DNA of 64,000 bases from Salaquimonas sp. (lineage in GTDB: Bacteria > Pseudomonadota > Alphaproteobacteria > Rhizobiales > Rhizobiaceae): the NCBI GenBank assembly GCA_041739465.1, contig JBGSNX010000081.1:8573-72572 (forward strand), in the 5' to 3' direction. The position numbers and the translations under genes are program-made. The notes under the pieces are model-generated. The model had not been told where the DNA came from and did no database searches. It was given only the letters and a program-made list of their open reading frames with translations. Below, in pieces: positions 48,889 through 56,996 of this stretch; within the stretch, counting starts at the first letter, position 1, and the number at the start of each line of letters is the position of its first letter.

Positions 48889-50829
48889 TCACCAGCCGCC
48901 GCCGCCGCCACCGCCACCACCGCCGCCCGAAAAGCCGCCACCACCGGAGCCTGAGCTGGACTTGGGTGCCGGCATTGATGATGCCATTGCCGCAGAAACC
49001 GCCGCAACAGATGCCCCGGTAGCTCGCGCTAGAGATCCCAAGTCAAAATCCCGGCCGCGGTACCATCCGGGATGGTAATTGCGATCACGAACCTGATCGG
49101 GCGCAACTCTGGCCAGATGGGCGGAAAACGCGTTTGACCAGGGTTCTTCAACGCCCAGACCGGCGGCATAGGGCAGATACCGCTCAAAAAGCTCCTCGTT
49201 CATCTGTGGCGCATCGCGCATGTTGAGGCGTTCAGTTTCGGCGGTGGTCAGATACAGCTTGAAGCCCTCAATACGGGAAAGGACTTTTGCCCCATTTAAA
49301 GTTGGTGCGCCCAGGAGATGGGCCATGGCGGCAAATGATGCCATTGCTATCATGACAAGATAGGCGCCGATCTGGAACAGCGGCCAAACCCCCGAGGCAT
49401 TGATGCCCCATGCAGTTGCGGCGATAATTGCCATGCCACCCAGCATCATCAGGCCACCAAGCACCTGCAAAAGCGTTGACTGCGAAGGCGAAGACCAATT
49501 GCGCCAACCGAAAAATGCAAGTCCAAAACCAGCCAGCGAACTGATGAAGGTAGGCACGAGGGCCAAGACGCCTGCTTCCGGCGGGTCTTGCAGTATCAAC
49601 CCGACAATTATTGCCAAAAGACCAACAATTGGCCCGACAGCCAGCAGGCCCCAATTGTGCTTGTAAAATTTGCCTGCGTATTCGGTACGAATACTGGATT
49701 GAAGCGCCTGATGTGCGCGCATCAAAAGAGGGCCGTTGGCCTTGTCGAGGGTGATCTTTTCATACCCTTGCAACAAATTGGCATAAAGCGTGCGCTCGGC
49801 GGCAGGCAGGCTGTTTAGTGGCACATCCTGCGCTTCGCCGCGCCGGAAGGTGACATTGCCCTTCTCGTCCTCGTCTATTACGAGCAATTTCCGCACCCCA
49901 AGCGCCAACAATGCGGCAATGAAGGAGAGGCTGGCACCGCGTCCGGCCTGGCGGAACGATTTGAAATGAACAAAAGACATGGCCGAAGGCGAAAGGTTTT
50001 CCGGCGGATGGAACAGCGGAATGATGGTCTCGCCGGGCGGGTCACGACCAACGCGCCACCACGCGATCAGGTAATAGATCGGGACGAAAGCCAAACCGAG
50101 CCCGAAGACCAATGCCCCGGCATTGGCCAGCAGATTGGTGAGAAAGCCGGATGATGCACCTTGCGCAACAACGCCTTTGGTAAAGCCGGCAGCCAGGGTG
50201 AACCCGTTTTCCGGCGCCAGCGGACCTAAGGTTTCGAAACTGATTTCGCGCGTGCCAAATCCGGAAGAAGAATATTTTCCAGGTCCCGTCGCTCCAAATT
50301 CACCGGTGTAGCCCGCCTCCTTGGTGACCACCGCACCCTGCGGCAAGCGCACTGTCGCCGAAGCTTTCATGATCCAGAGGGTCCAGAAATTCCCGGTCAC
50401 GTTCCAGTAGAGTTCATCGTAGCTGTCGAAGAACCGCAATTGTCCGGTTGTGCTGTAGGTAATCTCGTAGGTGTGCTCGCCATGAGGGATGAAAACATCC
50501 GCATCGCCGATATAAATGCGAATGAAGTTTCCGTTCCATTCCGTTTGGTATTTGGCTTTGCTCCCATTGTGCTTGATCGAGCGGATGGTAAATCCGTTCT
50601 TGTCCCAAAGACCGGTCTGGGTGACCTGGCGCATTGGAATGTCCCGGAAAATGCCGCGCCGTATGACGCTGCCTTCGGCATTGACCCGGATTGTCTCGAT
50701 CACGTCGAGACTGCCGTCCTCGTTCACCGTGATGTCGGAATTGAAATCGAGGACGCGTTCTTCGCCATGTGCTCCGGTGCCGAAAACGAGCACCACCAGC
50801 AGCACAAGGCTCTTCAAAAAGCTGCGCAT
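48889..50829 (-). CDS. DUF2207 domain-containing membrane protein with Gly-rich C-terminal tail
   Basis: 646-aa ORF with a signal peptide, a large N-terminal exported domain, several TM helices, and a C-terminal tail SSGSGGGGFSGGGGGGGGGGGW. It starts 11 nt after the lemA stop, with GAGGAA overlapping that stop. Confidence 0.85.
   Translation of the reverse strand: MRSFLKSLVLLVVLVFGTGAHGEERVLDFNSDITVNEDGSLDVIETIRVNAEGSVIRRGIFRDIPMRQVTQTGLWDKNGFTIRSIKHNGSKAKYQTEWNGNFIRIYIGDADVFIPHGEHTYEITYSTTGQLRFFDSYDELYWNVTGNFWTLWIMKASATVRLPQGAVVTKEAGYTGEFGATGPGKYSSSGFGTREISFETLGPLAPENGFTLAAGFTKGVVAQGASSGFLTNLLANAGALVFGLGLAFVPIYYLIAWWRVGRDPPGETIIPLFHPPENLSPSAMSFVHFKSFRQAGRGASLSFIAALLALGVRKLLVIDEDEKGNVTFRRGEAQDVPLNSLPAAERTLYANLLQGYEKITLDKANGPLLMRAHQALQSSIRTEYAGKFYKHNWGLLAVGPIVGLLAIIVGLILQDPPEAGVLALVPTFISSLAGFGLAFFGWRNWSSPSQSTLLQVLGGLMMLGGMAIIAATAWGINASGVWPLFQIGAYLVMIAMASFAAMAHLLGAPTLNGAKVLSRIEGFKLYLTTAETERLNMRDAPQMNEELFERYLPYAAGLGVEEPWSNAFSAHLARVAPDQVRDRNYHPGWYRGRDFDLGSLARATGASVAAVSAAMASSMPAPKSSSGSGGGGFSGGGGGGGGGGGW
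48895..48945 (-). repeat. (GCC/ACC)n trinucleotide tract encoding the poly-Gly tail
   Basis: Positions 48895-48927 are eleven consecutive GCC/ACC triplets on the plus strand, encoding Gly11. After two codons, four more follow (48934-48945). Confidence 0.8.
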
Positions 50830-50840
50830 CGCGCGATTCC

Positions 50841-51401
50841 TCAGCTGAAGGAAACTTTGGGAACCGCCCGGTCTGCCGGTTCGTCGATTTCGAAGAATTC
50901 TTCCTTGCCGAAACCGAACTGGTTGGCGATGAGGTTTGAGGGGAAGGATTCAACTGCGACGTTCATGTTGCGCACGGCACCATTGTAGTAGCGCCTCGAA
51001 AGCTGGATTTCGTCTTCGATGCCTTGCAATGCTTTTTGGAAATCGATGAAATTCTGGCTGGCCTTCAGATCAGGATAGGCCTCTGCCACCGCCATCAACC
51101 GCCCGAGCGCACCGGAGAGCGCGCCTTCAATCATGGCGCGTTCATGCGGAGGCGCGGAAGAAGCTGCCTGCGCCTGCGTCCTGAGCTTCGTCACTTCCTC
51201 AAGCACGCCCTTTTCATGGGACATGTAGCCTTTCACGGCTTCCATCAGGTTGGGAATGAGGTCCGAGCGGCGCTTGAGCTGCACATCAATGCCGCTCCAG
51301 CCTTCCTTCACCGCTTGACGCTTTGAGACGAGGCCGTTGTACAGACCAACGGCATAGAGACCGGCAACCACAATGACGGCCAGAACAATCAACGCTTCCA
51401 T
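50841..51401 (-). CDS. lemA: LemA family membrane protein
   Basis: Trimmed to the ATG at 51401, so the protein starts with its TM anchor MEALIVLAVIVVAGLYAVGLYN. The LemA core is GLVSKRQAVKEGWSGIDVQLKRRSDLIPNL...RRYYNGAVRNMN. Confidence 0.85.
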   Translation of the reverse strand: MEALIVLAVIVVAGLYAVGLYNGLVSKRQAVKEGWSGIDVQLKRRSDLIPNLMEAVKGYMSHEKGVLEEVTKLRTQAQAASSAPPHERAMIEGALSGALGRLMAVAEAYPDLKASQNFIDFQKALQGIEDEIQLSRRYYNGAVRNMNVAVESFPSNLIANQFGFGKEEFFEIDEPADRAVPKVSFS

Positions 51402-51464
51402 GGCAAGAATCCTGTTTTCGGCCCCGGCAAGAGCATCCTGCAAGCAGCGCAGGAGTCAAGGGGG

Positions 51465-52400
51465 CTACAGCGCTCCGCCGGCTTCCGTCTGCAAAAATGC
51501 TTCGCCGCAGGCCTTGGCCAAAGTGCGCACCCGCAGGATGTAGCTCTGACGCTCGGTCACCGAGATCACGCCGCGCGCATCGAGCAGGTTGAAGCAGTGG
51601 GAAGCCTTGATCGCCTGGTCATATGCAGGGTGCGCCATCACGATGGTCTTGCCGGTCTTGGGGTCGAGCGCGGGCTGATCGAGGATACGCCGGCACTCGG
51701 CTTCCGCGTCCTCGAAATGGCGCAGAAGGGTTGCCGTGTCGGCGATGTCGAAGTTCCAGCGAGAATATTCCCTCTCGGTCTGCTGGAAGACTTCGCCGTA
51801 ATTGACCCGGTCATTGCCGTCGCGGCCATTGAAATTGAGGTCGTAGACATTGTCGACGTCCTGCACATCCATCGCCAGCCGCTCGAGGCCGTAAGTCAAC
51901 TCACCGGCAACGGGGGAACATTCAAAGCCGCAAACCTGCTGGAAATAGGTAAACTGGCTGACCTCCATGCCGTCGCACCAGACTTCCCAGCCAAGGCCCC
52001 AGGCACCCAGCGTCGGGCTTTCCCAGTCGTCCTCGACGAAGCGGATGTCGTGCAGTTTGGGATCGATGCCGATGGCGTAGAGCGAGCCGAGATACAGCTC
52101 CTGCAAATCCGGCGGCGAGGGCTTCAACAGCACCTGATACTGGTAATAATGCTGTAGCCGGTTGGGATTTTCGCCATAGCGCCCGTCGGTCGGACGGCGC
52201 GACGGTTGCACATAAGCAGCGTTCCAGCGCTTGGGACCCAGTGCCCGCAAGGTCGTTGCCGGGTGGAATGTGCCCGCGCCTACCTCCATGTCGTAGGGCT
52301 GCAAAATAAGACAGCCATACTGCGCCCAGTACTGGTGCAATGTCAGGATGAGCCCCTGAAAGGAGCGGGTCGGGTGCATGTGGGGCGGCAAAGCGTTCAT
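51465..52400 (-). CDS. glyQ: glycine-tRNA ligase alpha subunit
   Basis: 311-aa ORF with [34 protein letters not shown] and [22 protein letters not shown]. Confidence 0.95.
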   Translation of the reverse strand: MNALPPHMHPTRSFQGLILTLHQYWAQYGCLILQPYDMEVGAGTFHPATTLRALGPKRWNAAYVQPSRRPTDGRYGENPNRLQHYYQYQVLLKPSPPDLQELYLGSLYAIGIDPKLHDIRFVEDDWESPTLGAWGLGWEVWCDGMEVSQFTYFQQVCGFECSPVAGELTYGLERLAMDVQDVDNVYDLNFNGRDGNDRVNYGEVFQQTEREYSRWNFDIADTATLLRHFEDAEAECRRILDQPALDPKTGKTIVMAHPAYDQAIKASHCFNLLDARGVISVTERQSYILRVRTLAKACGEAFLQTEAGGAL

Positions 52401-52457
52401 GCTGTCGCCAATAGCAGAGGGCAGAGAATGGGGGAAGTCCTTCTCGGCGTCTCCCGC

Positions 52458-53369
52458 TCAACTGGTTTCCAACCACCCTTCACTCACTTTGACCGACGAA
52501 CCGGAGATCCGCACGGCGGCGAGTTTTCCACCGGCGACATCGGCTTCAAGGCCGATGTTTGAAGGGCGGCCCATGTCATAACCTTGATGGAGAGCGAAGG
52601 AGTTCAGCCCTTCTGCCATCTCGCCGCTTGCCAACAATTGTGCGGCAAGCAACGCCGATGCCGACCCGGTGGCCGGATCCTCAGGGATGCCACCCGCCGG
52701 CGCAAACATGCGGGTATGCAATGCATGTGCAACACCGTCCGGGTCGCGCGTGTAGAGGAAAACATTGTCCGTGCCGGTGGCTGCGCTCATTGTTGACCAT
52801 CCCGGTTCGCACGGTCGCGCTGCAGACAGGGCAGATCGGCTTGCAAGCGGGATGAACAGGAATGTGGGACCGCCCTGCCAAAGCCCGGCCTGATGGCCGG
52901 GCATGCCGATTTGCGCTGGTTCAAGGCCAAGCGCCTGAGCGGCCATGGCGACACCAGGTGCATTGCCAACTCCGGCAAACGGCACAATCGGCGCGGTCAA
53001 TTGGGCGCGAATTGTGCCCGATTTGCGCACCACTTTCACCGGCACCAGACCTGCAACCTCTTCAAGCGTTATGGTGGTTTCAAAGTCGGCTTCACCGGGT
53101 AAAGCCTTCTGCGCCAAGTGAATTGCGCACCCGATGGTCGGGTGCCCGGCAAAGGGGATTTCGTCGGTTGGAAAGAAAATACGGACCTTGGCGGTGTTTG
53201 CCGGATCGGCAGGGGTTTGAACGAAAATCGTCTCGGAAAGGTTGAACTCCCGGGCCAGGGTCTGCATCTGCGCCGTGGAAAGACCGTCTGCGACTTCAAC
53301 AATTGCCAACTGGTTTCCGGCAAACCGGCGTGTGGTGAAAACATCAACGGTGAAGAACGGCAGACGCAT
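52458..53369 (-). CDS. PhzF family isomerase
   Basis: 303-aa ORF with the N-terminus MRLPFFTVDVFT..F.GNQLAIV and a second-half repeat with the ETIFV / HPTIG blocks. Confidence 0.9.
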   Translation of the reverse strand: MRLPFFTVDVFTTRRFAGNQLAIVEVADGLSTAQMQTLAREFNLSETIFVQTPADPANTAKVRIFFPTDEIPFAGHPTIGCAIHLAQKALPGEADFETTITLEEVAGLVPVKVVRKSGTIRAQLTAPIVPFAGVGNAPGVAMAAQALGLEPAQIGMPGHQAGLWQGGPTFLFIPLASRSALSAARPCEPGWSTMSAATGTDNVFLYTRDPDGVAHALHTRMFAPAGGIPEDPATGSASALLAAQLLASGEMAEGLNSFALHQGYDMGRPSNIGLEADVAGGKLAAVRISGSSVKVSEGWLETS

Positions 53370-53448
53370 GGCATTTCCCCTAAATTTGCGCGGAAATGCG
53401 TATCAAAAGCATGCAGCGGCACACAACGCAAAAACCTGAACCCAGCGA

Positions 53449-53658
53449 TCAGCCGCGTTTGTCATCTTTCGGGCGGTAAACGCCGTCCTTGCCCTTTTCG
53501 AGAACGGTCACATTGGCAGCTTCGCCCGGCTTGCGCTTCTTTTTTTCTTGCGTTTCAATGACTGCGGCAATGCGCGCCATCTCGCGCTTGAACGCGCGCC
53601 AAGCATACCAGACCAAGCCGCCGATCAGGGCAACCGCTATCAGTTGCGGCATTCTCAA
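53449..53658 (-). CDS. hypothetical small single-TM protein with Lys-rich tail
   Basis: 69-aa ORF with the N-terminal TM MRMPQLIAVALIGGLVWYAW followed by a charged tail (QEKKKRKPGE...KDDKRG). Confidence 0.5.
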   Translation of the reverse strand: MRMPQLIAVALIGGLVWYAWRAFKREMARIAAVIETQEKKKRKPGEAANVTVLEKGKDGVYRPKDDKRG

Positions 53659-53697
53659 CCCCCTTCATGTCCGCCAATCCAGCGAACGAAACTTGCC

Positions 53698-54534
53698 TCA
53701 AAGGCCAAATCGCTGCCAATGCGCACGGTGCTCGATTGCGGCGATCGCCCCTGCCCCTGCCTCTGCTGCAATGCCTGCTGCCGATTGTGGGCGGCCGAAG
53801 AAATTGCGGCGAGCCTGCACCAGCTTCAGCACTGCCTTGTCACCATAGCGTGAGGCTATCACATCGGAAAGCAGTCCGCATGCATCGACCAGCCCAAGTT
53901 CCTTTGCCTTGATCCCGGTCCAGAACAGGCCGGTAAAAAGGTCCTTGTTGTCGACCAGTTTGCCTGCGCGGCCAGCCTTGACCATGTCGATGAAAATGGC
54001 GTGCATTTCCAGCTGCAAAGCCTTCAGATGCACAATGTCTTCCGGTTTCTCGGCCTGAAAAGGATCAAGGATGGATTTGTTCTCACCTGCCGTGTGGACA
54101 CGCCGCTCGATACCGAGTTTGCTTATCGCTTCCTGAAAGCCGAAGCCCGCGGAAATGACGCCGATGGAGCCGACAATCGACGTTTCATCAGCAATGATCT
54201 CATCGCCTGCAAGCGCGATCATGTATCCGCCGGAAGCGGCAACATCTTCCACGAAAACCAGAACGCGTTTTTCATGCTTTTTTGCCAATTGGCGAATGCG
54301 GGCATGGATCAACCTTGATTGCACTGGCGATCCACCCGGTGAATTGATGACGATGGCAACTGCCGGCGCGGATTTGAACTCAAACGCCCGTTGCAGAACG
54401 CCCGCGCATCCAGCCAAGGACAGGTTCTGGCTGAGCGGCGTTCCGGACGCGGAAATGACGCCAGAAAGGCGCACAACCGGAATTATCGGCGTGTCCTTGC
54501 GAAAGCGAGCTGGCAACCAGGCGGTCAGTTTCAT
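53698..54534 (-). CDS. S49 family signal peptide peptidase (SppA 36K type)
   Basis: Trimmed to the ATG at 54534, preceded by GAAGGAG (MKLTAWLPARF...). It has INSPGGSP and the Ser-nucleophile context VAASGGYMIA. The 444-aa track ORF overlaps the upstream gene. Confidence 0.85.
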   Translation of the reverse strand: MKLTAWLPARFRKDTPIIPVVRLSGVISASGTPLSQNLSLAGCAGVLQRAFEFKSAPAVAIVINSPGGSPVQSRLIHARIRQLAKKHEKRVLVFVEDVAASGGYMIALAGDEIIADETSIVGSIGVISAGFGFQEAISKLGIERRVHTAGENKSILDPFQAEKPEDIVHLKALQLEMHAIFIDMVKAGRAGKLVDNKDLFTGLFWTGIKAKELGLVDACGLLSDVIASRYGDKAVLKLVQARRNFFGRPQSAAGIAAEAGAGAIAAIEHRAHWQRFGL

Positions 54535-54628
54535 TGCGTCTCCTTCAGGGGCTTCTTGCAGGCTTGTTCTTTGGGACACATGGCGGCGAGACTGGCTTTT
54601 TGCAAGGGCGGGCTCGCCGGGCAACGCA

Positions 54629-55450
54629 TTACACTGCGGTCTTGCCCGATGATTTGCCAGACACAAACGGCAACCGCGCCAAGCCATTGAGGGCCGCCTG
54701 CGCAATGGCAGTCGGCTGGTTGGCACCATCGTGCAGAACAACGCCGGGAAGCAATTCAAGGGGCGCTTTCGAACCACGTATCGCCCGAACGATGATGCGA
54801 CCGGCGGAAGCATCGCCATGCGAATGCAGCGGCAAGATCTGCAACCCGCCAAATCGACCGTTGCAGGCCTCGAGCAGGTCGGACAGCTGCCGAGGTCGCC
54901 AGACGATGTGCAGCATGCCGCCGGGCCGCAGAATGGCTGCAGCGGTTCGCAACCAGGCAGCAATGCCACCATCCTCCATGGCATGCGCAAGCGCCCGGCG
55001 CAGATCGGGCGAAGCACGTTCATTGGACGCATGGTAAGGTGGATTGCAGATCACATGATCAAATGATGCGTTTGCCAGACCAGCCGCCTCACGCTTTTTT
55101 CCGGTGAGGGTGATGTCTGCTTCGACCACTTCCGCCCTTTGTGACAATGATGCATTTTGCGGCAATGCAAGGCTGTCGCGCGCGCACTGCGCCATTAACG
55201 GGTCGATTTCAACCAGAACTGCTTGCAAACCGGGGTTCATCGCCAGCGCCGCCATGCCAGCCACGCCAGCGCCCGCGCCCAGATCGGCGAGTGTGCCGGA
55301 TGCACCAAGCAGCAATGAAGCCGCAAGCAGCAGCGCATCGGAACCGGCACGGTGTCCGGTATCGCGGGGCTGCACGGCATAAAACCCGCCCCGATGAAAT
55401 GCATCCGTGGTGAAGGAGGAGTGGTTTTGCAGGTCGGCTTTGCCCATCAT
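54629..55450 (-). CDS. SAM-dependent N6-adenine methyltransferase (TrmN6/YfiC-like)
   Basis: 273-aa ORF with the SAM motif LADLGAGAGVAG and the catalytic NPPY (VICNPPYH). Its start overlaps the DUF2007 stop (ATGA). Confidence 0.8.
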   Translation of the reverse strand: MMGKADLQNHSSFTTDAFHRGGFYAVQPRDTGHRAGSDALLLAASLLLGASGTLADLGAGAGVAGMAALAMNPGLQAVLVEIDPLMAQCARDSLALPQNASLSQRAEVVEADITLTGKKREAAGLANASFDHVICNPPYHASNERASPDLRRALAHAMEDGGIAAWLRTAAAILRPGGMLHIVWRPRQLSDLLEACNGRFGGLQILPLHSHGDASAGRIIVRAIRGSKAPLELLPGVVLHDGANQPTAIAQAALNGLARLPFVSGKSSGKTAV

Positions 55451-55686
55451 GGCTTGCCGTTGCCAGGCAATTCCAGTTCCCCACCTAGACCGGCAAGCCG
55501 CAGCAGACGGGCAGCTTTTTCGTGATCGTTATCCAGCACCATCACTCTGCGCGGCAGTATGCCAAGCGACCCGTCGAGGATGCTCATGTTCTGGTCCAGC
55601 ACGAAATGGTCGATCTGCTCTGATTTCAAAAGCGCTTCCAGAAACGAAATGAGCACCGGATCGTTGGTGCGAATGAGTTCTCGCAA
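55447..55686 (-). CDS. DUF2007 domain protein (putative signal-transducing protein)
   Basis: The core is LIRTNDPVLISFLEALLKSEQI..FVLDQNMS. The preferred start is TTG 55686, 5 nt after AAGGAA. The track start, GTG 55734, has no RBS. Confidence 0.65.
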   Translation of the reverse strand: MRELIRTNDPVLISFLEALLKSEQIDHFVLDQNMSILDGSLGILPRRVMVLDNDHEKAARLLRLAGLGGELELPGNGKP

Positions 55687-55836
55687 GTGAGTTCCTTTCG
55701 AATGGGCAAAGGCCAGAAAGCCCTCATCGTTCACGAAGTATCGATCAATCCGGCAGCAAATGCTGCGTCACGCGCCAATCTGTCGCTTTTCAATGCATCC
55801 AACAATCCGTAAAGTCGCGCAGTATCGAGTTGGGGA

Positions 55837-56868
55837 GTGATTTTCTTGACAAATGTGATTGCGATTGATTCCGGCAGCGGACGCGCCCCGCGCGCCAGCG
55901 TTGAACCGTTGGTGAAACTGGTGAACTCCGACATGAGCCGGGTTAACCGCATCATTCTCGACCGCTGCGGGTCGGATGTCGAAATGATCCCTGAAGTTGC
56001 CCGCCATCTCATTGATTCGGGTGGCAAAAGGCTTCGCCCGATGCTGACAATCGCTGCTGCGCAAATGTGCGGCTACACGGGCGAGCACCATATCCTTCTG
56101 GCAGCGTCGGTTGAATTCATGCACACGGCGACCCTGCTGCACGATGACGTGGTCGATGAAAGCAACATGCGGCGGGGCAAACAGTCAGCGCGCATGGTTT
56201 GGGGCAACCAGGCCAGCGTTCTGGTGGGAGATTTTCTGCTTGGCCAGGCATTCCGCATGATGGTGGAAGTTGGCTCGCTCGCAGCACTTGATGTCTTGTC
56301 CCATGCCGCAACCGTCATTGCCGAAGGGGAGGTTTTGCAGCTTTCAACGGCCAAGAACCTTGAAACCAACGAAGATGAATATCTGGCAGTCATTCGCGCC
56401 AAAACCGCAGCGCTGTTCGCGGCAGCAGCGGAGGTCGGCCCGATTGTTGCGGGCAGTGCAAAGCCGGTTGTCAGCGCGTTTCGCTCTTATGGAACCAATC
56501 TGGGCCTAGCATTCCAATTGGTTGACGACGCGCTGGACTATGGCGGCTCTACAGCCTTGTTGGGCAAGAATGTCGGTGACGATTTCCGCGAGGGCAAGGT
56601 GACCTTGCCGGTAGTGCTTGCCTATCGGCGTGGCAGTGACGTTGAGCGTGCCTTCTGGCAAGAGGCTATCGTCAATGGCAAGACGGGCGACGCCGAGCTG
56701 ATGCATGCCATGGGCTTGTTGCGCAAATACGATGCCATTGGCGATACGGTGGCCCGAGCGCGCCACTATACCGAAATGGCACGTGACGCCCTTGCCCCGA
56801 TGAAAGGGAGCGCGCACAAGGAAGCATTGGTTGAAGTGCTGGAATTCTGCCTTAGCCGCGCCAATTAG
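55837..56868 (+). CDS. ispB: polyprenyl (octaprenyl-type) diphosphate synthase
   Basis: It has GGKRLRP and both Asp-rich motifs, LLHDDVVDES and QLVDDALDY. The start is uncertain among GTG 55837, TTG 55846 and GTG 55855. Confidence 0.85.
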   Translation: MIFLTNVIAIDSGSGRAPRASVEPLVKLVNSDMSRVNRIILDRCGSDVEMIPEVARHLIDSGGKRLRPMLTIAAAQMCGYTGEHHILLAASVEFMHTATLLHDDVVDESNMRRGKQSARMVWGNQASVLVGDFLLGQAFRMMVEVGSLAALDVLSHAATVIAEGEVLQLSTAKNLETNEDEYLAVIRAKTAALFAAAAEVGPIVAGSAKPVVSAFRSYGTNLGLAFQLVDDALDYGGSTALLGKNVGDDFREGKVTLPVVLAYRRGSDVERAFWQEAIVNGKTGDAELMHAMGLLRKYDAIGDTVARARHYTEMARDALAPMKGSAHKEALVEVLEFCLSRAN

Positions 56869-56996
56869 TTGCAAGGCGCAAATTCGCCAGCGCCGCTGAA
56901 TGTGAATTGCTGCCTGAAAGCTGCCGTGCTTGGCTGGCAATACTGTGACATGGGGTCGAATCCAGATTGACCCCAGCCAACGAGGATCCCGACCGG

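Noticed and set aside
48836-49078. 80-aa plus-strand ORF containing a PPPPPPPPPPP run
   Set aside because: The poly-Pro is simply the reverse-complement reading of the GGN run that encodes the DUF2207 poly-Gly tail. It is not an independent gene.
53698-55032. 444-aa version of the S49 peptidase ORF, and similar long N-terminal extensions at 43336 (purD), 28236 (aroC), 29459 (ribB), 26815 (fabI), 39205 (Sua5) and 60994 (GT-like)
   Set aside because: The extensions overlap the upstream genes and are Arg/Cys/Pro-rich nonsense. Family N-termini with good RBSs start at the internal Met codons, so I trimmed the coordinates.
56951-56975. Hairpin TGGGGTC...GACCCCA containing GGTCGAATCC, reminiscent of a tRNA T-arm
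   Set aside because: No acceptor, D or anticodon arms can be built around it, and the T-stem/loop geometry does not fit. It is probably just a stem-loop between ispB and the TPR gene, and it lacks a U-tract.
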